64,000 nt of DNA from Eledone cirrhosa (taxonomy: Eukaryota). The translations under genes and the position numbers were made by a program. The stretch is taken from the NCBI GenBank assembly GCA_964016885.1, contig OZ024740.1, positions 167,958,001 to 168,022,000 of the forward strand, written 5' to 3'. Positions 42,601 through 55,756 of the stretch are shown in pieces. Position 1 is the first letter of the stretch. Each line of letters begins with the position of its first letter. A model generated the notes under the pieces. The model saw only the letters and a list, made by a program, of their open reading frames with translations, ran no database searches and was not told the DNA's origin.

Positions 42601-42985
42601 CAATTTTCCAAAATTTTATAAAACTTTCAAAATATTTTCTCTCAAACATTTAAAAAATTAGTTTTCTAAGATTTTACTCAAAGTTCTCTCCTCAAATCAC
42701 TTAGGACCAGTGCCGGATTAAAGACAATAGTTATTAGTGTCGGATTAAATATATGTGCCGGATTAAAAATAATAGGTAGGAGTGGATAGATAGGGTAAAA
42801 AGACACTAGTGTTCAGTGCCAGATTATTGACACTTGAGATCAGTGCCAGATTAAAAAGACTAGCGATCAATGCCGGATTATAGACACTAGGGATCATTGC
42901 TGGATTAAATACACTAGGGATCAGTGCGGGTTGAAAACACTAGGGATCAGTGCTGGATTAAACACATTAGGATTAAAGACACAAG
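39690..42985. repeat. 27-bp minisatellite (CAGTGCCGGATTAAAGACACTAGGGAT) in five blocks interleaved with the A/T-tract satellite
   Basis: Seen directly; 9-aa periodicity in ORF 39722..40027. Confidence 0.92.
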
Positions 42986-43014
42986 AGACCAGTGGACACA
43001 TCCATTAATTCGCA

Positions 43015-43577
43015 TCTATCATAATATAATAAGGGAAGAGTGCGGGATTGTGTCCTGAATAAATTTTTTATCCCGTTAGAAAAATAAGTTGGATTACTTT
43101 GAATAAATAATGAATGAATATTACATAATTTATCTACTAAATTTCGTAGCTGTTGATTAAACACAAATATTCTTATATATAATGATTGCTTATTTTAAGA
43201 TTCACTTCTTTTAAAATGTTCAAATATCAACACTTCCGGTTGTGATATAACGGACGCTATATCATATCACTTTTATAAACGTTCATATATTTGCATCGTT
43301 ATATCATAACGTTTATATTTCCGTCCCTAATTATCTCAATTTTCGTTTTCATTGCATTTCACCGTATATAATATCGTCTTTTTTAAATGTATCATGGATT
43401 ACTTGACTGATTACAGAAGACAGTGTAAAACAGTTTCTCTTCAATTTCTGTGCATATTGTCAATTACGATTTTGTTTGACGTATCATATCTACATACATA
43501 TATATTTGCGTATAGAATCAATAAGCATACTACACATGCTAGCAGAAAACCACCACGAGGGTAGATTTTCTGCTAGT
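43015..43577 (+). mobile_element. Non-autonomous Helitron-like element; second copy at 53513-53986 (minus)
   Basis: Starts A|TC and ends with the hairpin GCAGAAAA..TTTTCTGC + CTAG|T. Colinear with the reverse complement of 53513-53986. Confidence 0.75.
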
Positions 43578-43628
43578 CTATCTAATATATGTGCAGTCAC
43601 ACACAGACATGAAATCATCAGGGACATT

Positions 43629-43703
<75 letters not shown>

Positions 43704-43716
43704 TGAGAGAGGGGGG

Positions 43717-43766
<50 letters not shown>

Positions 43767-44484
43767 ACAATATATAAAATGCTCGATATGAGAAATGAAT
43801 AAAAATAAATGTGTGTGTTTCTGTCCATCTGTCCAAATGTATGTGTATGTTCGTACGAGTTTCTATGTACGTGATATTGTGCATATGCTAAGAAACCGCT
43901 GTCCATCCAGATTTGAAACCCAGCCATTATGGTCAGATTGACATAGAACAGAAGAGCGGCTAAAGGCGACTTATTTAAGAAAATTGCTACAGGAAACTTG
44001 ACCTGGTGACTTCAGCCTGAACTAGAATGACAGAAAAATGAGAAGAAGTGGGTGGTAAATGACATCCCTTCGTCCACCACGGTCGCTGTTACTCTGTCCT
44101 TTTATATGCATATATATATATATGCATACAGATACGCATATATACGCAAGCATACATGTATACGACTATACAAATACATATGAATATACAAACTCACACA
44201 TAATCACATACACACATATAGGCATGTGCACAAATAAATGCACACATCCACTAACATATACTCGTTTACATAAATATATATGAACACAGATATACATATA
44301 AATATATGTGCACATACACACGTGCACATATTTACACACACGTATGTACACGCAAATGCATGCATACACCTAGAAAAATGTACGCATATATAAAACCATT
44401 TACATCTACATGCATATACACATCAACATAATTATATATATAAATACAACAGACACACACGCAGAATTAGGGACAGAAATACAT

Positions 44485-44526
<42 letters not shown>

Positions 44527-45696
44527 GTACATATTCACACAAAATATATACATAGGTAAACACATAGACACATCTACAAAAATATACATACATACAAACA
44601 TACACATCAATACAAATACATTCAACTGCCTGGAAAATAATCTGACATAGTCGTCTGTGTGTCCAAGAACCCTGACAAGAGTGATAGGCTATTGTTAGTG
44701 ATGGTGATTATGATGATGATGACGACAAGGAGGACGACAACGATGACGACGAGGATAAGAATCATGGTGGTCACGTGATGATGATCGTGACGACACAAAT
44801 GATGAATGCGGTTACGGTTGTCGTTGTATGTATTGTTTACGTAAGTTGATGTCACTTTTCTTGTTGTGTCTTTACATGCGATTGTTTGTAGCCGATGGTG
44901 ACAGTTTTTTTTATTTTTTGTAGTATAACCCAGATGATTCCTAACAACATATATATATAAGGAGAGAGTGGGGGGGGGGGGGTAATGAACAGTGAGGGGA
45001 CAAGACAACAATCGAAAACAATGCAAAACGAAAAACAATTGTTTTAAGGGAAAACATTAAAATGTTTTGAAAATAGAAATACCAACGAAAGACACAGAAC
45101 TCCAGGATTATCAGCTGTTGAGATTGACTTTGGCAGGTTCAACCCCTCTCGACGGGTACTGCTGGTCCACCCGGCGTCACATTGTCTGACACCAGCCACA
45201 ACACTGTCCAGTGGAATAAGAGAGAAGACAAAACAGTAATTTATAGCAATTAAGCAATAACAAGTACACATAGAATTTTCGGTGACGACAGGGAAAATGT
45301 ATTGTGTGTTTATAGTACGAAAATTTCATGAGTGAAACAAAGGAAAAAAGGAAGATAAATTGAGGAAAAAAAGGCATGTATAAGAAAGTAAGATAACGGC
45401 CTATGACTCTGGAGTTCTGTGTCTTTCGTTCGTATTTCTTATTTTTAATAATATTTTGGATTCGTGTGCTAGACTGGGTATTCAGGTTAGCAACTTTCCT
45501 GGCTACACCACCTCTTTAAGACATGGTGCTCTTTGTGTGTTCTTTAGATACAAAAAAAATATGTATTTATCATTTAACCAAGCATACATAATTACATATA
45601 CTCACCAGATTACATCATTTTTATTGTAATTAATATTTGAGTTAATGTGTACACTACCTTTTCCACCTAGTAATGTTGAGTTAACCTTAATTAACG

Positions 45697-45911
45697 GTTT
45701 CTTATGAAGACACATAGTCAGCAATTTTGAGGGGAGGGGAAAGTCGATTAAATCGACACCAGTGCATGACAAGTACTTTATTTTATCGACTGCGTAAGGA
45801 TGAAAGGCAAAGTTAACCTCAGTGGGATTTGAACTCAGACCGTAAAGAACCGTAACTCTATGCTGCAAAGCATGGTGTCCGACTCTTACCGATACTGCCA
45901 ATCCACCGCCC
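45697..45911 (-). mobile_element. tRNA-derived SINE
   Basis: Matches the family consensus. Confidence 0.9.
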
Positions 45912-46378
45912 TGTACGTTACCCTCAATTAATGAAAGATTTTCCTTCTTTATTTATTTAATAAACTGTTTTTTACTCTTCTGATTTCCTCACATTAAAGT
46001 TTTCTCTTGTGCGTATTTTCACATTATTTCAAATTCCGCTAAGAACGACTTCACCTTTCATTTTCCTGGGATTAAGAAGAAAACACAAGTGAAGTACTGT
46101 AGTATCTAAAATTGACTATAAAGCCCATAACAGTACAAACATCTGTGGTGGTTAAGTTAAGAAACTGATATTAGTAATAATAGTAGTACGAAAATATTAT
46201 GTTAGATAAAAAAAATAACGGCAATGTAAGATTTGAGTCATTGAGAAGTCGACGTTGTTGTTATTACAGTTTTCTGGTTGCTGTTGTTGCTGCAGCTGCT
46301 GCTGTCATTGTTGTTGTTGTAGATGGGGTGGTGGTGGTGGTGGTGGTGGTGATTGTGATTGTGATTGTTGTTTTTCAG

Positions 46379-46427
46379 ACCTGTCAACTCTCCCCGTCCG
46401 ACGGGCAGATCTCCCACCCACTTTAAG
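46379..46427 (+). CDS. Candidate 49-bp internal exon
   Basis: tttttcag acceptor, AAG|gtgagt donor, GC-richer unique sequence. Confidence 0.45.
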
Positions 46428-46491
46428 GTGAGTGAGAGATGTCTTCTCTTGTAAAAATGGGTATAACTTTCATTATCAGTAAAATCTCCCC

Positions 46492-47100
46492 GTGGATTGG
46501 CGGTGGATTGGCAGAGTTACGTCCATTTATGATCTGAGTTCAAATCTTGCGCAGGTTAACTTTGCCTTTCATCCTTACGGGGTCGATAAAATAAAGTACC
46601 AGCAATGTACTGGTAAATTGTTGGCCTTGTGCCAAAAGTAGAAACAATTATTATTATCATTACTGTTGCAGTTGTTGTTCTTGTCATTATCTTTATCATT
46701 GTAATTAATTATTATCCTTACGGGGTCGATAAAATAAAGTACCAGTAATACACTGGGTAATTGCTGGCCTTGTGCCAAAAGTAGAAACAATTAATTATTA
46801 TCATTCCTACTACAACTACTAATACTACTACTACTACTACTGCTACTGCTGCTGCTACCACTACTACTGCTATTACAACAACCACCACCACTACTACTAC
46901 GAATAATAATAATTGTTTCTACTTTTTGGCACAAGGCCAGCAATTACCCAGTACATTACTGGTACTTTATTTTATCGACCCCGTAAGGAAGGAAGGCAAA
47001 GTTAACCTCGACAAGATTTGAACTCAGATCATAAAGGGACGTAACTCTATGCCTCAAAGCATGGCGTCTGACCCTATACCGATACTACCAATCCCTTGCC
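46492..47100. mobile_element. Cluster of three SINE copies (46492-46648 +, 46714-46790 +, 46914-47100 -)
   Basis: The last copy has a 20-bp TSD, CTACTACGAATAATAATAAT (46894-46913 and 47101-47120). Confidence 0.9.
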
Positions 47101-47179
47101 CTACTACGAATAATAATAATAATAATAATACTTCTATCATTATTATTGTTATTATTATTTATCATTTTCTTTTGTTTAG

Positions 47180-47223
47180 TGGCTGGAAATATCTGATGGA
47201 TGGATTGTGTACGGACTACATTA
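47180..47223 (+). CDS. Candidate short exon, in phase with 46379-46427 (..LPPTLS|GWKYLMDGLCTDYI)
   Basis: Acceptor ttttcttttgtttag. The donor AT|gtgaat is uncertain. Confidence 0.3.
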
Positions 47224-47699
47224 TGTGAATACAATACATGTGCATGTATGTCTGCATGTATGTCTGCATGTATGTGTGCATGTATACGTGCATGTATACG
47301 TGCATGTATGCGTGCATGTATGCGTGCCTGAATAAGTGTACGTGTTAGTGATGGGGAAGAGTTAGATGTTGTTTACTGAAGCAGAACCGGGGATGGAGTA
47401 ACGTTTCCGTGTCTCTCTACGGACGTGCTTTTAACCCGAAGGACAATTTTCTAAGCGGAAGCAGTTTTTAGCTTGACGAAGTATCTCTTACGCTTATGAC
47501 ATGGTTATGTCAACTGATGTTAATATTTTGCTATTGTATCATAGAGATGCAAGATGTATCAATACTGAAACATGATATAGATTCAATTGAGATAACGCTA
47601 TCATACTTTACAGTATTGAGTACTTCTGTTTCCGCTTAATTGCATACACACATGACATAATGCATTCTACCACCCCTTTCTTTGCTGCCTCGGTCACTG

Positions 47700-47799
<100 letters not shown>

Positions 47800-47888
47800 G
47801 TGTGTGTGTGTGTGTGTGTGTGTGTATACATATATATATATACATATATGTACACACACACACACACATATAAATATATATGAATACA

Positions 47889-47975
<87 letters not shown>

Positions 47976-48131
47976 ATATATATACATATATAGAACATAG
48001 ATAAATAGATAGTTGTTGGCAAAGTTGCACACGGAAACATAGATTAGGAGGCCAAACGAACAAAAGCATATATAGAGATATATTGTCCTTTTACCCCTTT
48101 ATCTCTATCTCACCCCCCCCCCTCTCTCTCA

Positions 48132-48174
<43 letters not shown>

Positions 48175-48476
48175 AATGAAAAGTATAGAAATTATTGTAG
48201 CAAGAAGCCAACAGTATTCCATAATATATATAAGTGACTATAGCGTCAAAATGGAAAAATAGTGAACGTAAGATGTGGGAAAAATAATTCAAACTCAATT
48301 CAAAAAGAATCAGGATATAGATTCATCCACAGAATATGGTGAAATCCAGGGAAAAATCAATAGAGCCTTAACTCATAGTTTAAAATACTCATCCTTCAAT
48401 CTGGAAAAACTACAAATGCTCTGTATAGTCTTAAAAGACTATTTCACGAAACTTTCAGTGGGGATGGTCACGGTTG

Positions 48477-48520
<44 letters not shown>

Positions 48521-48524
48521 TATA

Positions 48525-48681
48525 TTGACTCGCGGTCCGACGGCTGATCTCTTGCCGTTTCAACAGCTAGTTCCATACTCTACCATCTCTTGTATCGAAC
48601 ATTCTGTTGAATAATCGTCTAACTACTTTGAAACTGTTCGATCCTGTCACGAATGAAACAGTTCTAAGCCCGTAGAAGCCA

Positions 48682-48685
<4 letters not shown>
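48525..48685. mobile_element. Back-to-back HHR 3' halves of family A (minus) and family C (plus) between (TA)n tracts
   Basis: Minus: GAAACGGCAAGAGATCAGCCGTC. Plus: GAAACAGTTCTAAGCCCGTAGAAGCC. Confidence 0.65.
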
Positions 48686-48714
<29 letters not shown>

Positions 48715-48716
<2 letters not shown>

Positions 48717-48796
48717 GTGGGAAAGTAAAAAATCGGAGAATAGACCGTTAAAACATGTTTTAACGGTCTATTCTCCGATTTTTTACTTTCCCACGT
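48715..48796. repeat. Perfect palindrome of about 82 bp next to (TA)n
   Basis: ACGTGGGAAAGTAAAAAATCGGAGAATAGACCGTTAAAACA|TGTTTTAACGGTCTATTCTCCGATTTTTTACTTTCCCACGT. Confidence 0.95.
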
Positions 48797-49118
48797 GCTT
48801 ACGCTCTGCTAACTCTCTAGCAATTAAGCAATAACAAGTACACATAGAATTTTCGGTGACGACAGGGAAAATGTATTGTGTGTTTATAGTACGAAAATTT
48901 CATGAGTGAAACAAAGGAAAAAAGGAAGATAAATTGAGGAAAAAATATTAACACTTCGAATATTTAATACTGCCAGCACTAGTATCGAGCACCTTTGGCA
49001 TACGCTACTTGGCAAATAACTATATGTATCACCTATCCTCCCCTTTTTTTCTCTTTCTCGATACGTAAATACTGTATATATATATGTATATATATATATA
49101 TCAAATATATAAGAACCG

Positions 49119-49188
<70 letters not shown>

Positions 49189-49447
49189 CGGTTATTATAT
49201 ATTTGATATATATTTATCCTTATCGAGCCCTCTTTGGATTTTAGTCTTCAAATTTATTATTATTACTATATATATATATATATATATAAAATTTCGGGTT
49301 ATCAATAATGTAGTGATAATATATCGTTACGTTAGAGATGAACAGCGTACGTGCAGGTTTGCTCAACGAGTATAAATTATATTCCGGAGAAAATGTAGAA
49401 AGGATGAATATAAAATGAAAGTGCTTTTTTTTAAAAGGAATTTATTA

Positions 49448-49568
49448 GGTATTGACATATGTTTCTGTAACAGACGGAATACCTATGTATCGCTGCTTGC
49501 GTAATCATATAATGTTAGCAAGTATTCGATAGCAAATGTATAATCAGTTGTCACCTCTTCAGAGATTT
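49448..49568 (-). ncRNA. HHR-like motif with a long stem II and an unpaired stem I
   Basis: Minus strand: CTGAAGA-gGTGACA...TGTTACa-GAAA-CATATG-TC. The stem I flanks do not pair. Confidence 0.4.
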
Positions 49569-50284
49569 TGGATAAATTGGATAAAATCAGAAAAATTGAA
49601 GTATTTATATTAGTAATAGAGGAAGAAAAAGAGGGGATAGTATATGACAGATGGTAAATTAATTTACTGCTAAACAAGTATATAATGGGTTTCTAATGAG
49701 AATACCATGAGTAAATCTAAATAAGAATTTTGGGAGTGCCAATTTTAATCTCTACTTGACCAATTGGACAGTGGACAGGGCTGGTCATTTGGTGCAGTAG
49801 TATTAATTATAAAGTGTCAATTGGGGAAGGGGGAGATTTCGATTGCTACTGAATAACATCAATGATAGTAGCCAGCTGGTATATGCATTAGGGAATTGAA
49901 TCAAGAAATCAGAAATCTATTATATATGTGTGGGGGGGGCGTGTGTGGGGGGGGGGCGTGTGTGCGTGTGTGTGTGTGTGTATCTGTGTGTGTGTGCATA
50001 TATATATTTCTGTATATGCATCTATACAAATATATATGCATATATATATATATATACGATAAATTAACGGAGGCGTTAATTTATCGTGATTCGCTCCTAA
50101 TAGCAGTCTTTCCAGTTTGGTTGAGCACACTTCTCTGAGTGGCTTTGGGCTGCCCTTTCTAGCAGTTCGTCCCTCAGAGGCCACTGGTTCACTGCCCTTA
50201 AACACGCTGTGACTTCTTTCTCTCACGTCTAGCTGGACAGTCAACTTTAAAATTCTCTTAGTGTTGTCTGAAATGTATAGCCTT

Positions 50285-50378
50285 ACACGCGCTGATGAAC
50301 CGAGACTAACCCATTTCTTTCAACAAATTATTGGTGAAACATATCTTTGGATTAGTATCTTTGGATTTGTACGTGTGT
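50285..50378 (+). ncRNA. Type I hammerhead ribozyme inside a (TA)n-flanked element (~50055-50630)
   Basis: ACACGCG-CTGATGA-ACC...GGT-GAAA-CATATC...GATTTG-TA-CGTGTGT. 7-bp stem I, GUA site. Confidence 0.8.
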
Positions 50379-50624
50379 TATATAGTTATAGAGGTATTTA
50401 TTTACGCTTTAATTTATATTTTTAATTATCGTGTCTATAGTCTGCCTTTCATAGGTTATAGATTCCATACACTGGTGGTTTTCTTCCCTGTATTATTGAT
50501 AACGCACTGTATATCTCTCTCTGGTGTGTTACCTTTTCAACATATTGTATGGAGCCCTCTGCCGCTCATATCGAATTTTGTTTATCGTGAACTCGTGCGC
50601 CGATTTTTCAATACTCGATTATTC

Positions 50625-50671
<47 letters not shown>

Positions 50672-51038
50672 TTTCGCTAATTTCTACCCGCTGAAATGCG
50701 ATTTTCGCTAAATTTATATGTGTATTAATCTCCAAAGTCTAGCGATTAACCAGTTAATTTTTTTGATTAATCGCTTAAGTTTATTTGAAAAACCACTCGG
50801 TTGAGAGCTTAATTCGTTTTGTGCAATTTTTGCAAATTTTTGCAATGACTGAACATGCTGAATTCATTGGCCACAACTAGGATTTTTCTCCCCTTAGAAC
50901 CTCACATGTGCTTTCATACGCTGTGAGACTCTGACGCACGCAGAACAAAATGCCTGTTGAGAAAGTGATATCCTTGTTCCATCATTATACCAAAAGCTTA
51001 TTATTTTTTATAAGCAGACAGTATTATTGATTTAGGTG

Positions 51039-51215
51039 GGTTGGCAGTATCGGTAGAGAGTCGGACGCTATGCTTTCCACCATAGTTACGTCCCTTTACC
51101 ATCTGAGTTCAAATACCGCTGAGGTTGACTTTGCCTTTCATCCTTACGGGGTCGATAAAATAAAGTACCAGTAATGCACTGGGTAATTGCTGGCTTTGTG
51201 CCTAAAGTAGAAACA
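51039..51215 (+). mobile_element. tRNA-derived SINE
   Basis: TSD ATTATTGATTTAGGTG at 51023-51038 and 51216-51231. Confidence 0.93.
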
Positions 51216-51509
51216 ATTATTGATTTAGGTGTCACAGAAACCCTATATCGGAGTATACCATCTTCCCCGAGGGTCCGGGTAAATATTTCAATCATATCTT
51301 ATTTTGTTTGACCCGTTTAGCTTGTTCGCTGTTTTGGCTTAGGTGGTTAATGGCTTCTTAACCATCGTCTCAGTTTGTATGACCTTTTTAACTTATGTTT
51401 ATAGCTCTGGTATCTTCTTCATATCCATGGAGCGCTTGTCTACACAATTCGGAAATTGCGTTTCGCTAATTTCTACCCGCCGAAATGCGATTCTCGCTAA
51501 ATTTATATT

Positions 51510-51577
<68 letters not shown>

Positions 51578-51578
51578 C

Positions 51579-51609
<31 letters not shown>

Positions 51610-51650
51610 ATGTATATATCTATATATGTATGTAGGTAGGTATATAAACA

Positions 51651-51682
<32 letters not shown>

Positions 51683-51992
51683 CGATACATACATATATAC
51701 ATATATACATACAATATTCCTTTGGGTGATGAAAATATTAAAAAATTACAGAATTCATGCGTACATAAAAGGTTAATCCATCATAGTTCTTAATACAAAT
51801 GAACCAGTTGACGGCATAACGTTATTGCATCCACTCATACAATCACATACACATACGTATATCTGTAATTTATAAACTTATATATATGCACACACACAAA
51901 TATGATTGCATACAATCACACACACGCACACATATGTGAGTGCCTATATATACATATACATATTTTTATACATAAGTAAATATCTATATCTA

Positions 51993-52087
<95 letters not shown>

Positions 52088-52089
<2 letters not shown>

Positions 52090-52276
52090 GAAAATGTTTA
52101 ACCACAACGGCAGAGCTCAAGCCGTTTCGACGGCTATTTCCAGAAATAGCCGTCGAAACAGCTTGAGCTCTGCCGTTGGAGTTAAACATTTTCCTATTAC
52201 CCACTCTACTACCCTAAGTATTGAGTACTCTGGTGCGTTATGGTCCATCTGGTTCCTTACCACATTTCCTTCGTTA
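52088..52276. mobile_element. Family A palindromic HHR-half element in (TA)n
   Basis: Inverted repeat 52088-52196 plus the shared tail. Confidence 0.85.
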
Positions 52277-52357
52277 TATATATATATATGTGTGTGTGTG
52301 CGTGTGTATGTATATATATATATATATATATATAAACGAAAAAAATGAAACGAAATT

Positions 52358-52800
52358 AAGTATCAAGCGATGGCATTACTCGAAATCGAGTTGCAGCCAT
52401 GTTATATATGTATATATGTATGTGTGTGTATATATATATATATATATATACATATATATCATGGCTGCAACTCGATTTCTAGTAATGCCATCGCTTGATA
52501 TTTAAGTATGAGTATCACGGACGTTGCTTTTTAGTCCTACTAGGGACTTGCCAATGGCCAGCAATACCATGCATCGCAAAAAATGTCATATATCAAGCAA
52601 TGCCTGTGCTTGAAGCTTTTTTAAGTGAGGAAAGGCTTTGCACGGAACCAATCCCACTTTCTGAACATCGAATGAATGTGTCCAAAATGAAGAATTGGTT
52701 TACCACATTGGATGCTAACGAAGTCGTGTTGTTAAGATGAGACTTCACAACTACATGATTCTGGGGTCGCTACCACTAGATGGCACTCTATATGTTTCTT
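52358..52800 (+). mobile_element. Interspersed repeat with an inverted duplicated start (52358-52405 vs 52458-52505); relatives at 61054-61225 (+) and ~59740-60056 (-); possibly LINE (RTE) leader-derived
   Basis: GTGCTTGAAGCTT.TTTAAGTGA.GAAAGGCTTTGCACGG.ACCAATCCCACT is shared with 61160-61215. Confidence 0.55.
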
Positions 52801-53194
52801 CTACTGTCACCTCCAAATGACCGATACCATGTGAGTGGAAACTGGGAGGCTGAGATCATACTGTATCTCCATCTTCATCAAACCATATTTGAAGACTTTT
52901 GTAGACACAGTTACAAATATTTGTGGAAAACATATCCCAACAATATCTGTGAACAAAAAAACTAACTGCAGAATCCCTCCAAACAGAAAAACTATTATCA
53001 GGAAAATAAATAGAACAAACAAAATAATCAACAATACTGCTCTAATCGAAAACATATAATCTGCAAAAATTCATGAAGGCCATCATTAATAACCAACGAA
53101 CAGGTATGGAAAATAGGCCAATTAGAAAACCAATCTCGACTCCAAAGTGGTCGTTTCATTTGCAAAAAAATACAAGGTAACTGTCTCTTCTGTT

Positions 53195-53497
53195 TACCCC
53201 AACCATCAGGAGACCCATGAGGTTCGCTGGTTTCGGTTTGTAATATCAGCTGCATCAATTGGTGACTGTTGCTTCTCTCAGGACCCGCTGAAAGGATGTT
53301 TTGAGGGCTCTGCAGCCACGATCCTCCCAGATAGTAGTAGAAGAAGAAGAAGAAGAAGAAGAAGAAGAAGAAGAAGAAGAAGAAGAAGAAGAAGAAGAAG
53401 AAGAAGAAGAAGAAGAAGAAGAAGAAGAAGAAGAAGAAGAAGAAGAAGAAGAAGAAGAAGAAGAAGAAGAAGAAGAAGAAGAAGAAGAAGAAGAAGA
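53195..53497 (+). mobile_element. RTE LINE 3' end with a long (GAA)n tail
   Basis: Similar to the reverse complement of 55810-55960. (GAA)n spans 53340-53497. Confidence 0.7.
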
Positions 53498-53512
53498 TAT
53501 TTAGTTATATTT

Positions 53513-53986
53513 ACTAGCAAAAAACCGCCTTTCAGGTGCTTTTCTTGTAGCATGTGTAGTGTGCATATTGATATTATACGCAAATATACATGCATGTAGA
53601 TATAGGTCAAATAAAATCGTAATTGACAATATACACAGAAATTGAAGAGAGACTGTGTTACACTCTCTTCTGCAATCAGTAAAGTAATCCATGATACATT
53701 TATAAAAGACGATATTATATATAAACTGCATTAGCGATGCAAATATATGCGATGCTTTTATAAGTATTATAATATAATCGGTAGTTTTGACATTTGAAAA
53801 TGTTAAAGAAGTGAATCTTTAAATAAGCCATAAAATATATTTAATCAAGAGTTACGAAATGTAGTACATAAATTATGTAATATTCATTCATTATTTATTC
53901 AAATTAATCCAACTTATTTTACTATCGGAGTAAAAAAATATATTCTGGGCGCAGTCCCGCACTCCTTTCTCTATTATAGTTAAGAT
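53513..53986 (-). mobile_element. Non-autonomous Helitron-like element (copy 2)
   Basis: ACTAG left boundary; homologous to 43015-43577. Confidence 0.75.
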
Positions 53987-55203
53987 TTTATGTAACATAT
54001 TTTATCCGATAAATTATGCGTGAAATGAATAAGAATTGAACATAGAGCCACAAGGAAACTAAGCCCGATACAGAAAGTCAGATTCCTCGTTAAGGCTTAA
54101 CATTAAAACATTACAGTGACAACACCCATTAAAACACTTGTGACAAAATTGTTATGGATCAATCTAATTAGTGGTGATATTTGAGGATGATGGATATGAA
54201 GATAATAGTTGTAGAGAGGATTTTGATGATGATGTTGGATAAGTTGATGATGATGATGATAATTATGATATTAATAATCATAATAGTGGTGGTGGTGATT
54301 GTGGTGGTGCTGCAGCTGCTGCTGATACTCATGATGGTTTCGGTGATGGTGGTTGAGGTGATGATGGTAATGATGGCTCTGATGGTGATGGTGATAATGA
54401 TGATGGTGATGGTAATGGTAATGATGAGACAAGTAAAACATCATCAAATACGGTTTGATAATCCAATGGATATCCCATTTTGATCTTTGGATTTGATCGT
54501 ATTTTTTATCTAATGCTCCTGTCAACTCAATTTCCTTCTGTCACTTTTCATTTCTCTTTCTTTCAGTCTGTCTATCTTTCACTGTGAATAAGGAAATATA
54601 TGGGTATATGTGTGGGGAAAAAGAGAGAAATGGGGTATCAAATGTGTGTGGTGGGGTTGCGCAGTCGGGGATATGTTATCCGTGTCAGAAGTAATACATA
54701 CGATTGTTTAAAACACAAAAAAATACAATCACCTTCACCAACATATATGTTCACAGATATCTATACACACACAAATACACAGCATGTTCACAGATAATGA
54801 ACTTAGTGATTTGGTTGCCCCCACGCTAAGACGTAAAAAGCTGTCACACAATTAAATAGAGAGTGCGTGGGTAACATCAGAAGTAAAATGAATGGGTGAG
54901 AGAATGAAGGACTTATCACTTCCTTGGTTGGTAAACAAGGAGAGAGTCGGTGAGGGAATAAACATGAGGCTGGGCTGGAGCACGAGGTTACATATATGTT
55001 GCTTTAAACACCATTCTTATACTCATGTATAAGTAAGAAAACGTAAATTCTTTATGTAACTCGCAGTTTTGATATTAATGGAACTTCCAGAATAATTATG
55101 AATATATGTGAAGTATTTCCGTCGGAAAGGTAGAGGAAAAAAGAGTACTCTATGTAGGCTACAGAGCTTATTAGTTATGTAACAAACAACATAAGATAAT
55201 TAT

Positions 55204-55264
55204 TTCATTTACCAGTGGTTTCTTGAAGACAGATGTTGTATCTGTCTTCAGTCGTCAGAATGAA
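55204..55264 (-). ncRNA. Type I hammerhead ribozyme (intact); mirror copy on the plus strand at 55279-55339 with GAAA changed to TAAA
   Basis: TTCATT-CTGACGA-cTGAAGACAGAT acaac ATCTGTCTTCAa-GAAA-CCA c TGG-TA-AATGAA, within a 200-bp palindrome (55170-55372). Confidence 0.85.
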
Positions 55265-55756
55265 TACCATGTTTTTTATTCATTCTGACGACTGAAGACA
55301 GATACAACATTTGTCTTCAATAAACCACTGGTAAATGAAATAATTATCTTATGTTGTTTATTACATAACTAATTATGAATATATGCAAATCTTTCTGTTG
55401 CGTCGTATTTTAATAACACACTGAAAGTAAAATGTAAACCCGAAACAAAAAGCAGCAAAACTATGAAATGTACATAGACTCTGTTAAAACGCTACACCTT
55501 TTAGTTGGTGTATATATGCAGTTATAAAAACAGTTTTATAAACAAAAAAAATCGACAACAGTAAATACGCCAACGACGTTCCAGTCGGTGGCGTCTTGTT
55601 AAACCAATATTTAATGTTCAATTCACATTTTTTTAAATCAGATTTTCTGCTGTCCAGCTCTCCTGGGGGTTTCTCACCACAATTCTATAAAATATATAAA
55701 ATACATCTATAATCTGTAAATATCTTCTTCACCACCACCACCACCACCACCACCAC

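Noticed and set aside
39690-42985. CRISPR-like appearance of the recurring GTGCCGGATTAAA motif
   Set aside because: The intervening sequences are short, mutually homologous parts of a 27-bp unit rather than unique spacers. There are no cas genes and the context is eukaryotic.
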